Below are positions 1 through 15,204 of a DNA stretch of 64,000 nt, one piece after another. The position numbers were made by a program, and so were the translations under genes. Within the stretch, counting starts at the first letter, position 1. Every line of letters begins with the position of its first letter. The stretch is from positions 35,873,626-35,937,625 of the forward strand of contig CM074516.1 in NCBI GenBank assembly GCA_037379345.1, given 5' to 3'. The notes beneath the pieces were generated by a model that was not told where the DNA came from, made no database searches, and was given only the letters and a program-made list of their open reading frames with translations. The stretch is from Perna viridis. Lineage: Eukaryota.

Positions 1-3000
1 TATATATATATATGAAGATATGAATCCCATTGTTCAATAGAACCATATGACATTAGGTAACCAAAATTCGATTCCTGGGTTAGACCTATAATTTTCAGGT
101 CAATATCATGCAATATATTCAAAAGACATTATAAAGTTACAAATATATTGTGTTTACGTGTGAATTTTTCATGACATTGCAGCCCTTAAAGGTCATTGAT
201 CAAGACAATGGCATGCTCCAATGTACCACTTCTGTAGTATGAAATTTATTAGTAGTAAAGCTCAGAAAGACGGGTGTGGTAAGCAAATACTCAGCTAAAC
301 TTTTTAATTGAGAGCTATTTATTTTGATGATATGTAATATTGGCCTATTCAACAGTGCACCAAAAAGTCAATATGAAATTTCTTTTATAGAAATAATTGT
401 GTTTATTTAAAATTCTTGTGGTTATGCACTTGAAGTTCTCTTTGCGAGAATGAAAATAGCAAGTTCTCTTGGGTACACCTGAATACCAGTCTTCAATTAT
501 CAATAAAGTGTTTCTATTATGATTTATGCAATGAGGCTTCATCTTGTTTAGATGTCACCACCAACGTCTCATCGAAACAAAATTATTTTAAAAAACACAC
601 AATCGGAATATTAAATTTTTGATTTTTTTTAAAAGACAATGTTTAGAAGCAACGACAGTATCCCGTGTTCATTGAATACAATCGACCATGCAGTGAAGGT
701 GAAGTGTGAATGACTGCTAAATATAATTTTTGACAATAGCTGAAAACCCGTCAGTGATGCCAGGCTAACTACGTACAGCTTATGATTCATTAAGCGGTTT
801 AAACAATAAAACAATATTGTTAAAATAAAAAAAAAAGGTTTTAATATCTACTGTTTTATAGAATTGAGATAGCTCAAATTAAAAATGGGGAATGTATTCA
901 TTCAAATTGATAAAAAGATTATTTTAAATGATGGAGACATTGTCCTGGATATTTTTTTTTGATGGAACGATCAGTATTTTTAGTTTTCTGAATTAAAATC
1001 CACACAAATTAACTTCGTTCCAAACTTTCTATCCATTTTATCTTTGATTTTCCCATCCTTTAAATTGCCAAAAAACCTGTCTCTTTTGTAAACTAAATTC
1101 ATCGAACTTTTCCCTATTTACATGGTATATATTTGAATGTTTATAAAAGATTAGTGTCATAAACGAATATTGTAAATTACAATTTTAATACGCTAGCATT
1201 GAAAAGGTATCGAAAGGTTAAAATTCGGCATTAGGGTTCCGAATAGCACGACGGAAACGGGAAGAGGGTGTGAATACAGGGAAGACTTCACTATGCATAT
1301 AGATTTTAATATCACACTGTTGGTCTTAACGTCAACATAGAACATACTGTGCGAGTGACAAATAGCGATGGAGTAACTTCATTTAAATCTTCTATTTATC
1401 TAAATCACTGTTGGATTCGGGTTTTGGCACTGTATAATTTTTGCATCTCCATGTTAGAGAGCTATTGAATAAATTCTTGGGTAAACGTCATGCTGTTTTA
1501 TGTTTGGATGTCGTTTACAAAGTCAAATCAGTGTACATTTCCGACCGGTTAAGTATTTAATCCGTATCACGTAAACAAAAATTTACATTTTTGAAGCCTG
1601 TAATTTAATTTTGCAAGTCAAGGTGCGGGATAATAGAAAGGGAATGAAGAATTTGCCCAAAATTGAAGACCATCTTGAAGGTAATGAGCCCATCGTATTC
1701 TTTGACATAAAAACTACCAACCAATTAGTACAGCATCAAAGCCTAAACATAGAAAAACCTTGATTATACAATAACTTACAAAACAATCAAACACATGAAA
1801 CAAATATAGCACTCGAGGGTTGACTGAAAATAAAACACGATAACTACAATAAGAACAACTGTGAAATAAGAACCAGAAAACCAAAATAAAAAAAACAGTT
1901 AAGTAGGAGTGAAACAAAAATAGTATCCCACCTTAAACAGTAACCACAACTATCTAACTACACGCCTTTCATACGATTCTATATACTAGGCTTGTTATTA
2001 TCTGGTATTCAAATCTTCCTTATCGTATCGAGTGCACCCCACTTCTGTTGAAATGCACTTTAAGTGTGGTTCACATCTTATATAAAATGTACTTATAATT
2101 TGAGTGTTAAGTGAAACTCGTAAAACGTTTTGAAATTCTTTCCATATTCGTAATATTCGTGTAAATACAGATTTGCATGTCTACAGATAATGTCTATTCT
2201 CGTATTTCTGCCTCGGTCGAAGGTAGCCGGGTATTTGTATCAGGGTCTCGTACCTTGCATTAAGATCATTTAAGCATGAGTATTCATATACATTTCTTTA
2301 GCTTTTAGTCTTACTTCTTCATTGTGTGTTTAGGTTTTTGCTTACTAGTGTATCATCAGCGGTAAATTCAGAGAGTTGCACTATTACCCTTATAGCAGAA
2401 CCTCCATCTTCAAATCAAGTTATAAAATATCAACGAGTGTAACTTTCTTATTCAAAGAAAAGATATCCATTGGTTATATCTTATGAATGGAACGAAGAGT
2501 CGAATGTACATTTCGTATCTCAATCGCAACTTCTCGGTCAATCTCATTGACTCCAAGCTAAGAACATACTAAGAACGCTCATTAGAGGGAATATTTTCCA
2601 AACGTATGTCTTATCTTGCGGAAGTTATGTGATTATGGCATGATCGCACTTAAAGAAGATATAACAAATGATCAAAGAGTTTTACTGTTCTTCACATTGT
2701 AAAACATGGATTTGTTTAAAAGTGAATTTTTATTGACAAAGATTTACAAGAGCAGGTAAAATGTCAATCAAACTGAGCACTAAGATTTGTGAAGATTTGT
2801 TAAAGAATAAATGCTCTTTATAATGTACAGACATTTATTATAATTAGGCATATACTTTTCATTTCAGAACAATTTGAAGACTAGATTTAAGTTTTCCAGC
2901 CACTTATTCGGTGCATTTGTTGATCGAACAACACGTTTCTGAACTCAGAATTTAAAATTCATTGCTGAAAAAGTCCGGGTTCAAGCCATTAATTCTTGAT

Positions 3001-6000
3001 AGAAACATAAACATGTAGTCAAACCCTCATGACTATTAAAATGAGTTATACTAAAACGGAAGACTTGTCGGAGAATAAATGCTCCTTATTGAATACAAAT
3101 ACCTGTGAAAAGAGGGAAGGCAGAGTGTCGCGTATTTGTGCAGGAAATGTTTTGTTTATGCGACTTTGAACGAAGATCAAAGAAACCGAGCCTAGACAAC
3201 GCAACTTATCTAAAATATTGACCATAATATTTGAAAGCATGGATTAAAGTTACGAGCGGAGTTTTGAAAACGCGTATTGTGTTCGTACGCTTGTACAATA
3301 ATCGCATAAGGCGAATGAGCATATGATACTCAGTATTTTATGTAATGTGTATCTTTAACTTCTTTTAATGACGACATGAAACGTTTAAATACAAACCAAA
3401 GCGAATCTGGGTATCAACACACAGGTCACAGAGAACCAATATATATAATGTAGATATTATTGCATCTTTAAATTATTTTTATATCATTTTATCATCATAA
3501 GACACATCATAGACAATTACAACAAGAATAAAGAATACAATTTACATCACTATGATACTATCGTATGTAATGTTTAAAAACAAGAGTTTTTCTTATCCAT
3601 AATATGAGAGAAAGCGGCAGTAAGCACATTTAGATCATTTGCGGAATATACTTTATGAATAGGAAAATTTTAACGTCATTTGATCAGCTCAGTGGACGAG
3701 CCTGTTATATAAATTCTGCTGTACCTCTCTTGGGACTTTATTTTTCTCAATCTCTATTATGCTGTACTTACTGAAAACACATCACTCCTAAATCACCACA
3801 TATTATACAGTGACTGCATATCTATACATTTTATTCATATTCATAACACTATAACTATTCTTTTGATGGTTTTCCCTGAGATATTTATCTATGTGTTAAT
3901 CAGTGCTATGAAAACATAATCTTGATGATACCAAACACATTATTCTTGAAGATAAAATACCACTGTTAACCTCGAGGTAAGAGTTTATCTCATTTCAAAT
4001 TCAAATGCACCCTTAGCCGAAGTTTGTGAATTTATTATTTGATCTTTTGTATTTTTTAGTCTACAACAATAGTAAAATTGTGACCCTGTGTCCACAAGGT
4101 CAATTATTTATGATCATTAAAGGTCTTGAGCTACGTTTCATTATTAGAAAGAATATGAAATATCGATAAAAACAGATGGAAATACACCTTCCATAGTTAG
4201 CCTAAATGGAATATAATACCGAAGTTCCTAAGTTCTGGGATGGTATACATGCATGTGGCTTACTCTCTTCAATACTTAGTAGTATGTTGCACATAAAGTT
4301 TACAATATAGAGAAATCACTGACCTGAGAGACGATAATGATCAATTTTCCTTTGATACCCAATTTTTGCATTTATTATGTTTAATCACATATTTTATCCT
4401 TTTTTATTCAGATTTCTAAGGTTAATACACTATAAAGACATATCTACGCGACCCTTTCCCTTCTCGATTTACCCTTTAGAGAATGCAAGCTGTCAACAAA
4501 ACCCGATATGTATTTGAAATTAAAATTTATCATCGAGATCTATTTCTTTAATTGAGGGGTAGATTAGGAATTGATACTCTTAACTGCATTCTTAATTAAA
4601 TTTATGAAGCAAAAACCAAGTAATATATGCATATTTGACAGATACTAATGTGTTTTCATAATCAAGGATGCGCTAAAAGACGGCTTTGTGTAGTCGAGCA
4701 GTCTGAGCATAACTCATGCCTTCTGATTTCTGGTCAAAATTTGCGTAATAGCAAAAACAGTGTTTGAGTCAGATCTAAATGATTACATGTATAAACAATC
4801 TTTATCTTTAACAGAGGTCTATAAGAGTATTTTAGGACCTGTAAAATGATTTATTACTTTATTACATCGAGCAGTTTATGAGTTTTAGCTGTATTGTTTT
4901 AAGGAGTTGGAGGCATCAGTAGCGTAATTGAGAATCGCAATTTAAGATTACTGACGATGCGTCCATGGTGCCAGCCATAAGTAAACGGTAATACGCGACA
5001 CAATTCAGTTGCACGTATTTCGGATATTGTCTATTACAACTGTGAAAATGACAATTTAAAACCTTGAAAGTAATGTCGGTACACTTTAAACAAATGAGGA
5101 ATTTTATGTAAGGTTACGAACTGAAGATGCATTAGAATCAGTAAAAGAATTTGTCAACTGTTAATTACTGTTACACAACGGAACCATCTTCTTTTATGCT
5201 TCAAAGTGCATAGTTTTATAGCATAATGACTGCCCATTATTTTGGATCTTTATCTGTTACATTTGTTTTCTTTTATTTTGGACTTTATTCGTGAAGAGAA
5301 TTAAATTATGTGTTATGGCAATCGCATCATATTTAATATCCCAATAAAATATTAATGTGTATAATTTAAGCAATAAAATGCACATAAATCAACTTATCAT
5401 AAGTTCAAATATTTGGAAGAGAAGATATAAAAAAGGTCGAGTTTTTTTTAACGTGAAGGGTCGGTGTTAGACAGATGGGGTTACTATGAGGAAGTTCACA
5501 AAGTAGGCAACAAACAAAAATCAAGAGAGAACGTCCTGAAACGTTCATATTTTTTTTGTAACGAATCTAAAAATAAAATTTGAATATCCTTTTCCTGCTA
5601 TCTACTCAGTGAAAGTTTGAAACTCGATAATGATAATACCTTCATGTAATATTCATGGTTATATCACTTTCCTGACCAGATTGTTATCTTTTTAGTTTAT
5701 TGCGACAAAAGGGTTTATTGAAATACGAGATTGCCAAACAATAGAAAAGGTCTGCTACCGCACATGAAAAGTGTGAGCTATAATACCACAGTCCCTTTAA
5801 TAATGATATACTTTACTGACTCAATCGTTGTATGAGGGGATTCCAATAATAATGGTTAAAATATTTAACCAAACAGGCCCAGTTGGAACTTTCCATCACC
5901 GTGTTTTATAAACGGATGAAGTTTGTCAGTCGGGACAATGACTTTTGAAAATACAATTTTGTACAAAAATGTTAATGTGTTCATTACAGTATCCTTTCAC

Positions 6001-7236
6001 TTAAACAGGTCACTTAAAACTGACAGCTGAAATGTCTTAATTGGATAAAATAGCTTTCACTAGAGGAGAACAATTGAAAGCATATGACCTCATAACCTTA
6101 TGCGTGAGTGGTCAGCCATTTTGTTCCAGTCAATTGTTTGACAATGTCATCTGGCCACCCAGTGAAACAACAACAATGTAGATCCATAATTGGAGGCGAA
6201 TTACAGACCTTAGATGGATGTGTGCTCGCAAAGGCATCCTTTTTATAAATCTTATGATGTGGCTCATCCAATCTAAATACAGGGACAGTTATCCACATAT
6301 CTCAAAGCTGTGTCAAATCTCAACAGTTATATTGCATAGCTAATCTTCGTCTTCTACTACTTCCTTTAAAAAATCAAAGGTCACAAGGAGACCAATTTTA
6401 TTGATATTTTCACCCGACAAAATTTCAATCGAATAGAATGCAATTTTATATTAAACCAAAAGTTCGACATACGTTTTCGGATCATTAAGTCTTAATCGAA
6501 TATATTTCTATTTAAAAACGCAGCAGCCAAAAAATCCAAGTATTGAATGCGCTTATTCTAACGATGTAATTTGGCAAGGGATAAAGTAATCCCTCGCAGA
6601 CGACTGGTTTCTGATAAAAGGCATGGCGTCAAGTGAAAGAGTATGGAAGGGAACAGGCGTTAAACGTACAAAGTGCAATGTCATAGTTAACATATAACTT
6701 GACTACTAAAGGCATGGATTGGTTACTTTTGTTACCTCTATTTTCTGGGTCATAAACACAATAATTAAAACCTGATGCTTATGGTTTAGTATAGTATTTG
6801 GGTTCTCAAGGAACTTATAGATAGCAGTCTAAAACCCAAACTTTCATTTTCTTGTAAGTTAATGCTCGTGGCCTATAATAAAATATATTAATTTGTAAGT
6901 TAAGTTAGAAAATTTGACATTAAAAGTTAAGCTCTTATTGGCGCCTAGGTTTGCAAGTGAACAATGAGTAAAGAGCTAACAGAATCGGAAATTTATTTGA
7001 TAAAGGTGTTTTAATAAACACCTTTACAAAATGATTTACAATTTGTTCACAATATACAGCTAACTCAGATAACACTTCGCAAATTCTCTTTTATCAGAAG
7101 TGTTTTATACCTCTAGTGCCTGTAATCAAAACGTATATCACACAATTATTGAAATAGCAAGATAGATCAATCAACGGAAGCAATATGCAAATCGAGTATT
7201 CAATTTTCATTCGTGTTAAACATTTATCATGGAATG

Positions 7237-7445
7237 CATAGGTACTTGAGGACAGGACCCAGTTTCTCTGATTTTTACTGATAGTATCAGTAACCGTCGT
7301 GGATAGTAAACTGCAGCGGATAGTGAACATAAGTTATTTATAGAATATGTGTGTCATTGTAACAGAAATTAACACTATGATAAATCAGTAAAAATATTAA
7401 AAGGGGGAGGGCCGAGAAACTCGGTCCTGTCCCCAAGTACCTATG
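7237..7445. mobile_element. 209-bp non-autonomous TIR element (MITE), 8-bp TSD; hAT- or P-like
   Basis: 32-bp TIRs CATAGGTACTTGAGGACAGGACCCAGTTTCTC / GAGAAACTCGGTCCTGTCCCCAAGTACCTATG (2 mismatches); flanks ATGGAATG (7229-7236) and ATGGAATA (7446-7453). Confidence 0.85.
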
Positions 7446-8335
7446 ATGGAATATATAAAGACACGTACATTATAGTCCAGATCATTCAACGTCTGACGAA
7501 AGAACAAAATGAAATGTCATACACTACAGTCACTAGTGTCCAAGAATATTCTTTCATTTATATGTATCCAAACACTTCATTAGGGGCTGTGAACGAAACA
7601 TCCGTATTAACGAACATAAAATAAAAAAAAAACTTATGTGGTCTTCTTATAGATATGGCTTAAACCATGCCTGTCTGTGACTTTGACTTAACAAAGAACA
7701 ATATGGATTTAGAAACCCCAAAAGAATGAAATAAAAATATTTTGCGCATACAATTTAAACAGGTATATAAATCATTTCCTTACTTTTTCAATAAGTTTTT
7801 AAAGTGATCTTATGTCATTATAGCTTTACTTTTTAATGATAGCATATTTGTTCTCGGTTTTTACTTAGCAGTTTTCAAAGCAGTATTAAAAAGTCTTTGC
7901 CAGACGACGCAAATCTCGTTCCTCAAAATTTACGAGATTGGATCCCGGGTATTCCTAGTTGGATCATAACGTGAACTTTTACATTGAGCAATATAATGCC
8001 CCGCCAATCAAAGCATCTTAAATTAAAATGCCTCCGGTAATAGACATCTATAAACTATTTCTTGTGGTTTATTATCTGCTGCACTGCGTGGTAATCTTTT
8101 AAATAATGCATATTATAAAGTTTATAACTCCATAATTTATTTTCTGACAGTTGTGGGAGAACAGTGAAGCTATACGTTTGGTATGTTTGGACGCATGCTG
8201 TCACGAATACTGCATTACATAGACACCGAAAGCTTATATTGAAAGCATCATAAAGAAAATACGAAATATTCGTTTTATTCATGCATTTACTGTAGGCTGA
8301 AAATGGTATTACATCTAAAAAATCTTTCTACTTAA

Positions 8336-8476
8336 CCCATCAATAATCGATTTAAAAATGCAATGAAATATCAAATGTGATATCTTAAAAGATAAATAAA
8401 CATCATCCTTGTGAGCTTAGATTGAAGTTGAAGCGACTTCATTTTATGAAGGTTCTTTGAAAGTAATGTTGATGGG
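8336..8476. mobile_element. 141-bp piggyBac-type MITE candidate
   Basis: TTAA|CCCATCAA ... TTGATGGG|TTAA: TTAA on both sides, CCC/GGG termini, imperfect pairing continues inward. Confidence 0.55.
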
Positions 8477-11400
8477 TTAACGTTAAGACTGAAGATCTTA
8501 TATAAGGATCAGACCGAAATTCCTAATAAATTGCGACAGGTGCCGGTAAGAAATTAAGCAAAGAAACATAATCATTGCTATGTTATAATTGAAGATTTTA
8601 GTGAAATCTGTAGATTCTCGTCGAGTAATGACTTAAGGTGATAGGCTATACAGAGAGCAGACTAATGGCCGCAGTTAACAGCATTTAAAGTATCGATGTC
8701 GAGACGTTCATAGCTGCCAAAGCTCGGCATCCGATTTATACCAATGGGTAAACTAAGGATGATAAAAAATATATTACATGTCAAATCAAAGTAATGGGGC
8801 ACTGAGTCAATGAAGGTTAAATGGGCAACCAATACATAAATCTTGAAAACATATTCTTAACGTAAGTCTATATGTTACTAGTTGAATAAATACAACTTAC
8901 AACTTGACAAAATTTCGAGTTGAGAAGAGATTTATAGGACCAGCTATGGTATCATGATATGAATTCCGTAGTAAGAAATGTCAGAAAAAAATACGTATAC
9001 ACAAATTTTGAATTGACTTTAAAAAGACTATAGAGGAACAAGACAAAATCACATAATCATCGTTGATACCCAATAAAAATAGATTTATCCCATACTGTGT
9101 AAAATACAGGAAATTAAAACATTGTGAGTAATATACATATACATATACCAAAAACATGGAGGATGAAAAGTCACCAAACCAAATGGTTAGAACGTATTCA
9201 AAAGTACGTGTACATATTAACATTTAATAGAGGTCTGTGTACTATTACTTTATACATTAAAACCAAACAGAATGATCAAAGTCAACCCTCGTTTTCATTT
9301 GTTCAAAGTTCAAATTCGATGTTGATGTACCTGTTTATATCGTAACGCCAAATAAGATTATCACAGATTTAGTTCAAGATAACACGTTCTCCTGTAAGGT
9401 CTTTAGGTTTTCAAAGCCTGATTGATCTAGCTTATTAACATTAAAGAAACATTAAATATCATCGTATCACATTCAGCACTTTATAAGCGTCAAAAGAAGG
9501 GGTTATATGATGATGTCAATTCACAAATTGTACTTGTAGGACTACAAAAGAATACCTGATATCCATTTTCGGTGTTTACAGAAGTACATAACGCGCACAA
9601 TCAAGGTTGAACTTTCGTGGCTAGGATTCTTATTGAGGATTTCAACATTATGTACTTTTTAGAGCGACTTGATCAACGGCGAATTATGTGTAAAACATTG
9701 CTAAACATTTACGGTACCACTGGTTATAAACCCAGATGTATGGGTTATATATAGTATTGCAAGTTTATTCGTTTACGTAGACTAACAACGTACTGCTTAG
9801 TTCAAACAAGAAGTAACCAAAATTGTAAAGTATCTGCAAAAAAATGGTTTAAACGTGATCCGTGAAATTTGACTAATAAACTATTTTACAGAGAGAATAT
9901 TCCTAAGTCTCCCGCAGAAGGGCAGGTAAACAAAATGCAACATTTATTTATAAAACAACTTTATAACAGATGATGGATTACTTTTATACACAAACAAGTT
10001 CTTTTTTAATTTTGAAACCAACTGAGAAATTTCAGACAAAGTGTTATCAAGTGTATTTTCTCTAGCTGTGAATGTATTATCTCCCTGTAGCGACCTCTGC
10101 AAGACATTACACGTCTATATTACGAAAATGAAGTGTCCTGCATCTTGTACTGGGCTCCGAATATTAGGATACATTACCGCCAATGAACACTGGAGTGCAT
10201 TAATATAATATTGGACTCATTTTTCATTGCTTTCTCGAGTCAAATATCCGAAGAATTTCGTGACGTTAATTCATATTTATACAATAAGTTTAAATTTGAC
10301 CAAAAAATAAGATGCGGATGATTTGTGTCGAGTCACATTGTCAACGCTCAAAAATGACTTCATGAAAAGGGTATTGAGAAGAAATTTTGAATTCAACTTC
10401 AAAGTCATATTTGTACAACTAAATAGAAAATTGTCATATCATAAAGCGTTCTTGATTGACACATTCTTTGATCGAAAATTTCATAAATTTTAAATTATTA
10501 CTAGACGTACTTAAAATTCTTGAAGCATTTTATATGGAGCCCAAATGATACGTGTTCGGGTTCTATTGACTGCGTCTGTGACTTATGTCATAAAATATCA
10601 TAATTTGTTTTCCGTATAAAAGGTTGAAATAGCTGTTATAAAACGCCCTTGAACATTAAAAATCATTAAAGGTTGAACTCCTACAAATTCATTTCATGTC
10701 GAACTTTGCGGTTTCATAAAACGGGAAATTTATTCGACATGATATATGCACATTATAAAGACAAAAGAGAGGGGAGAAAAAAAGACGATAAGGAAACGAA
10801 TAAATGATCCTTGTTCTGGTCTTACTACATTATTGTTTACATGTATGTAAATTATATGTATTTATAAATGTATAAACTTTTAGGTTGAATTTGGAAGACT
10901 TTTCAATTTCTTTGTCATATGTATTAATATCTTTAAAGAAATCAACATATATTTCGTTGATATTCAGCTTAACCCCTTTCATACGGAGATGCTTCGTACA
11001 TGTATACGTACAATAAATTATTACCCGTTACATACCCCAACAATTTTACCCCGATTTTGTTAACTGCAATATAAAAAACAACAGTTCACTCCCCACAGAT
11101 TATAAGATCGTTAATCAAAAGGGTGTACAGTAGAAATGAGGTATTATAGATTTGTCAAACCGGGGTAAATGGACAAGTTAATTTATTTGTTTGTCACATT
11201 TTCTTTGTAATTTACCTGCCGATTTGACCTCCATCGCTCTCGGGCAGGACAAATAGCATATGTAAAGATCTCTTTGTGGAATTCTGTGCGTAAATTATTA
11301 CTATATGAATCAGAAAACATTTGAGCTAGGGATGAGAAATATGTACACGTATTGAATTTTGGTGATATATCATGTGCATTTGAGATATGACCAAAACACA

Positions 11401-14050
11401 AACAAAAAAAGATATTAAAAAAATATCCGAACTTAAGGTTTAAATGAGTGTTTTACGCACCTAATAAAACGGAAAATTTTTAAAAAAGCTCAAATCTAAA
11501 TTTGATAAAGATTTTTTTTAATTGTTCTATATTCTTTAAGCCTGTACTTCTTTTTGGGGAGTCATTTAAATGACTGAGCGCATCTTCATTTATTTAAATC
11601 AATGTATGTAAGAACATCCATTTTCTGTAATAAATCTTCAGATTTCGATTTTACACTCATTCATGTTAATCATGTTAGCCGTGATCAGTGTTGATACAAA
11701 TCGACTATTTATAGTACATGTCCTAAAACTTGCACAATGAATACTATAAATTGCAAATTGTGATGAGGAGTAAGCTTTTTTATTATTTTACAGGGAAATT
11801 TTTGGCGTTACACGTCCCAAAAATTATATCTCAATCGATCCAATGAAAGAGGGGACTGTTATCCATAAACTTTCGTAAATGGTAACTGCATTGCACTACT
11901 CAAAATAAAAAAAAAAAACAATATCAATCCTTCAAAGATAAATTGTTGCGGGACAAAACTCTTAAATGGTTATATATAGTCGTTAAATGTGTCGGTTTAA
12001 TGTAATTCCCGGCATATGTTCCGGTGTTGATATTACAGTAATATTATGATTTTAAATCCTCTCATACAATATCCATTGTTTAATCACTGTATTCTTAGTA
12101 CAAAGGATTTAACAGAATACACTTGGCTCCAAGGAAAAGTCCTGATATCCTGTTGTTTTATCCTCTTCTTAAAACATATTGTAAAGACTTTTACATAATA
12201 TAGGGTCAAGACGAAACGCCTTGAAAAGGGATAAGTCGGATTATCAAGCAGCTCCCCAAATTGTTTCTGTACTTTACAATGCAACACTAAAAATATCGAC
12301 CAACTTAAGCGTTAGGTGGTTCAGGTGAGCTTATCTTTTTTCAATGAATAAGTAAAATACCGACGCATTCTGTTCATTGATATAGAATTCTTTCTTAAAA
12401 TTTATATTTAGAGGCAATAGTATATACATTTTAGGTTCGTTTGCGTATTTAAAACGCACGTGATTCAATTGAGCTGCCAGAGCTTTCGGTAAAGTAATTT
12501 TTAATGCTAAACAATTGGCAAAGATTAATGCGTAAATACTTTGTTCTTTTATAATAAAACGAACTGAAAGAGTATTAAAGTAGAAAGTATGTGCCATAAA
12601 TTTGTGTCTAATTTTTTCTTAAATACTAAAAACAAGAAAACACCATTTATCAACGCATTTCACAAGGCATTAACCATCATAAACGTTACAAGAAAGTGTT
12701 CGTTTATGATTAAACTTCGGAACTTAAACCGCTTTTCTTAATATGTCTATTTTATATCAATTGATACGCATTTTAAGATGAAGCTTTGTCAACTGACAAA
12801 CATGAAAAAAGATAGAATTACTGATGTATTATCTTACCTTTTAATCTAATTTATTGTCGCAATATACAGGTATGTGCACTATGTGCAGTGGTATGAAAAT
12901 GATCACTGCATAAAATATCTATGATTAATTTACATCAAGTAAATTCATGTGAAATGTATATTTTGACATTAAGATGCATGTGAAACTCGATGAAGATTGA
13001 CGATTGCGAAATTTGACTGACTTAGACAACCGAATTACCAAAAAGTCGTATAGGTTCGTATCTTGTGCATGTATTTACAATTTTTGTTACATGTACATGA
13101 CTTGTACCACGATCGTCTGCATTATTAAGATATTTTTTAGGTTATATATTATGATAATACAATGCTGTCCTACTTAACAGAAATATTTTACAGACAATTG
13201 CATAATGGAAAAAGATGTATATTTTAGGAATCCTGCTTAGACTTTGAAATTTTTAACGAAAAATAAAACGAAGAAACTTTTTAGGTCAACTTTGAGGCAT
13301 TATCTTTTTACAGATATTTTGGGGACAAATTCAGAGCAGGTTACAGTGCGAAGATTAACACGTGCTTTGCATGTACTCTTAAAATTATTCAACAACTGAA
13401 CGATTTGTGAATAAGATAAGGATCGAATGAATAACGCAAATATGTGACTTCAACTTATATGTTAAAGAGTTGTACTTGGCATACAGACATACATTGATGA
13501 AAATTTTGTTCCAATCACTGTTTTTTCTTTTAACCTACACGCTGTCCTTAGTGTCATTTTCTTCCCAGGTCACGTAACACGTTATCTACGTTACATGTAT
13601 GTTGTGACTACTGATTGCCAAAGTGACAAAGTAACAATCATAATACAAAAAATGTAATTTTATAATGTCATTGTTTTGTAATTGATATTTATTGCCTGTG
13701 GCTGTTTTCATTGATCCAAGTCATATTTTCTGTCAGATGCTTGAACCGAGTTACCTAACACTTATCAATGCAAACAACTTGTGAATCTAAATAAACAAAT
13801 TATCCAAAATTTTATTAGCCTTAATTGGTACTACAAAGAATAAAATTTATCTATGTAAGGCTTTCTACAAATTATTATGATTATGATTTGTGTAACGTTC
13901 GTTACTTTATGATATTCTGACTTAATTTACTGCATCAATTAAAACACAAATTAAGCATAGACACTGTTATCTTTGGGTGGAAAAAAGAATAACTTCAACT
14001 TGCAATCAGGATATAAAGCATTCCGGGGTTTCAAAAAGCTTCGAATTTAA

Positions 14051-14430
14051 GTGTCGATCTCTGTAAGAATCAAAAAGAGGGTGAAACAAAGTATGGAAAA
14101 TTTTATCATTTAGAAAATTTAACTGACATTTTTTCACCATCAGAATCAAGGAAAAAAACATGATTTTTTCCATATTATTTTGGTAAATTGAGTTATCACT
14201 GAAATGCACAGAAAATGAACATTTCAAGGGCAGATAACTCTGGCAAAAACATCATTTTTTTAACATTGTATTGATTGTTTTAGCAAATCCAGTGATGTAG
14301 AGATTTAATAATGTTCCTTTCAAATAACGAAAGCATCCTTGAGTGAAATTATATTGTCAGATCGGTGGGATTTTGGCATGCACTTTTCTGACTTTTCTCA
14401 TTTTGCCCGTTTCTTACAAAAACTTACACC
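14051..14430. mobile_element. Degenerate TIR element with ends related to the 38081/44724 family
   Basis: Left end CTGTAAGAATCAA..GGGTG and right end TGCCCGTTTCTTAC resemble the termini of the 38081 and 44724 copies; TTAA on the left flank. Confidence 0.4.
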
Positions 14431-14960
14431 TCAGCGTAAAAGGTGTCTTGACGCCTGATATCTGCTTCCAAAATCTATCAATCTATGTCGATTATATATT
14501 TTTTATTATTGACTTCTCATAAAAAGTCGAGTTTTAGTCTCCTTTGTTAATTAATTTGCCTGAAATAAACTTTCAATTCATATCAAAGATTATCGTTTTG
14601 CTGCTATAACATATTGCATAATTCAATTTAGTTAAGCAATTTATAAGGAATGATTCATGATCAAATTTATATTAATACTAGTAGTAATTTCTCATATCAA
14701 TAAAGACCTTTACAGTCAAAATATAACATGAAATATTCCCTCTTGTAACTGTTCACATGAAATCATGGCTTTCTTATGTATTTCAAATTGTATGTACCTT
14801 AGTATTACCCTGAAGAATCAAGGAGTTTTCATAAATTTATGTGAATATGTACGCAGAAAATCGTAAATTTGTCTACACAAGAACTTCACGTGAGCTTGGT
14901 TTGAACAATAAATATCATGTAAAGATCGATCAACACGGGGTGAAAAACTCCTGACTGTAT

Positions 14961-15204
14961 CACAGGTACTTGGGGTCGAGATTTTTTTTCTTTTTTTTTT
15001 TTTTTAGTAAAAGCTATATTGGTATATTGGACGTAGAAGCTTCTACGTCCTACATAACAAGTCGATCCCCATTTACCAGAAAACTTCATATGGATATAAT
15101 GTAAGTGCAATTTTCGCTGTTATAACACATGATTTCGTATTTTTTAAAAAATTTTTTACAAAAAGAAAAACAAAAGAAAAAAGTCCCAAACCCAAGTACC
15201 TGCG
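14961..15204. mobile_element. 244-bp MITE, 8-bp TSD, same TIR tip as the 7237 element
   Basis: TIRs CACAGGTACTTGGG / CCCAAGTACCTGCG; flanks GACTGTAT (14953-14960) and AACTGTAT (15205-15212); internal perfect 22-bp palindrome at 15029-15050. Confidence 0.8.

Noticed and set aside
345-542. Minus ORF (PHCINH, IIEDWYS) as a possible spondin exon 2
   Set aside because: Lacks the Reeler W-x-AP and GC motifs, has an in-frame stop just upstream, and has no convincing splice sites.
2975-2990. B-box-like GGTTCAAGCC suggesting a tRNA
   Set aside because: No A box or cloverleaf in the flanks.
10118-10195. Minus-strand DAGHFIF peptide as a Reeler fragment
   Set aside because: Short, followed by a stop, no donor; chance similarity.
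11088-11562. Possible Tc1/mariner-like TIR pair (ACTCCCCA / TGGGGAGT)
   Set aside because: Only about 8 matching bases and no TA duplication.
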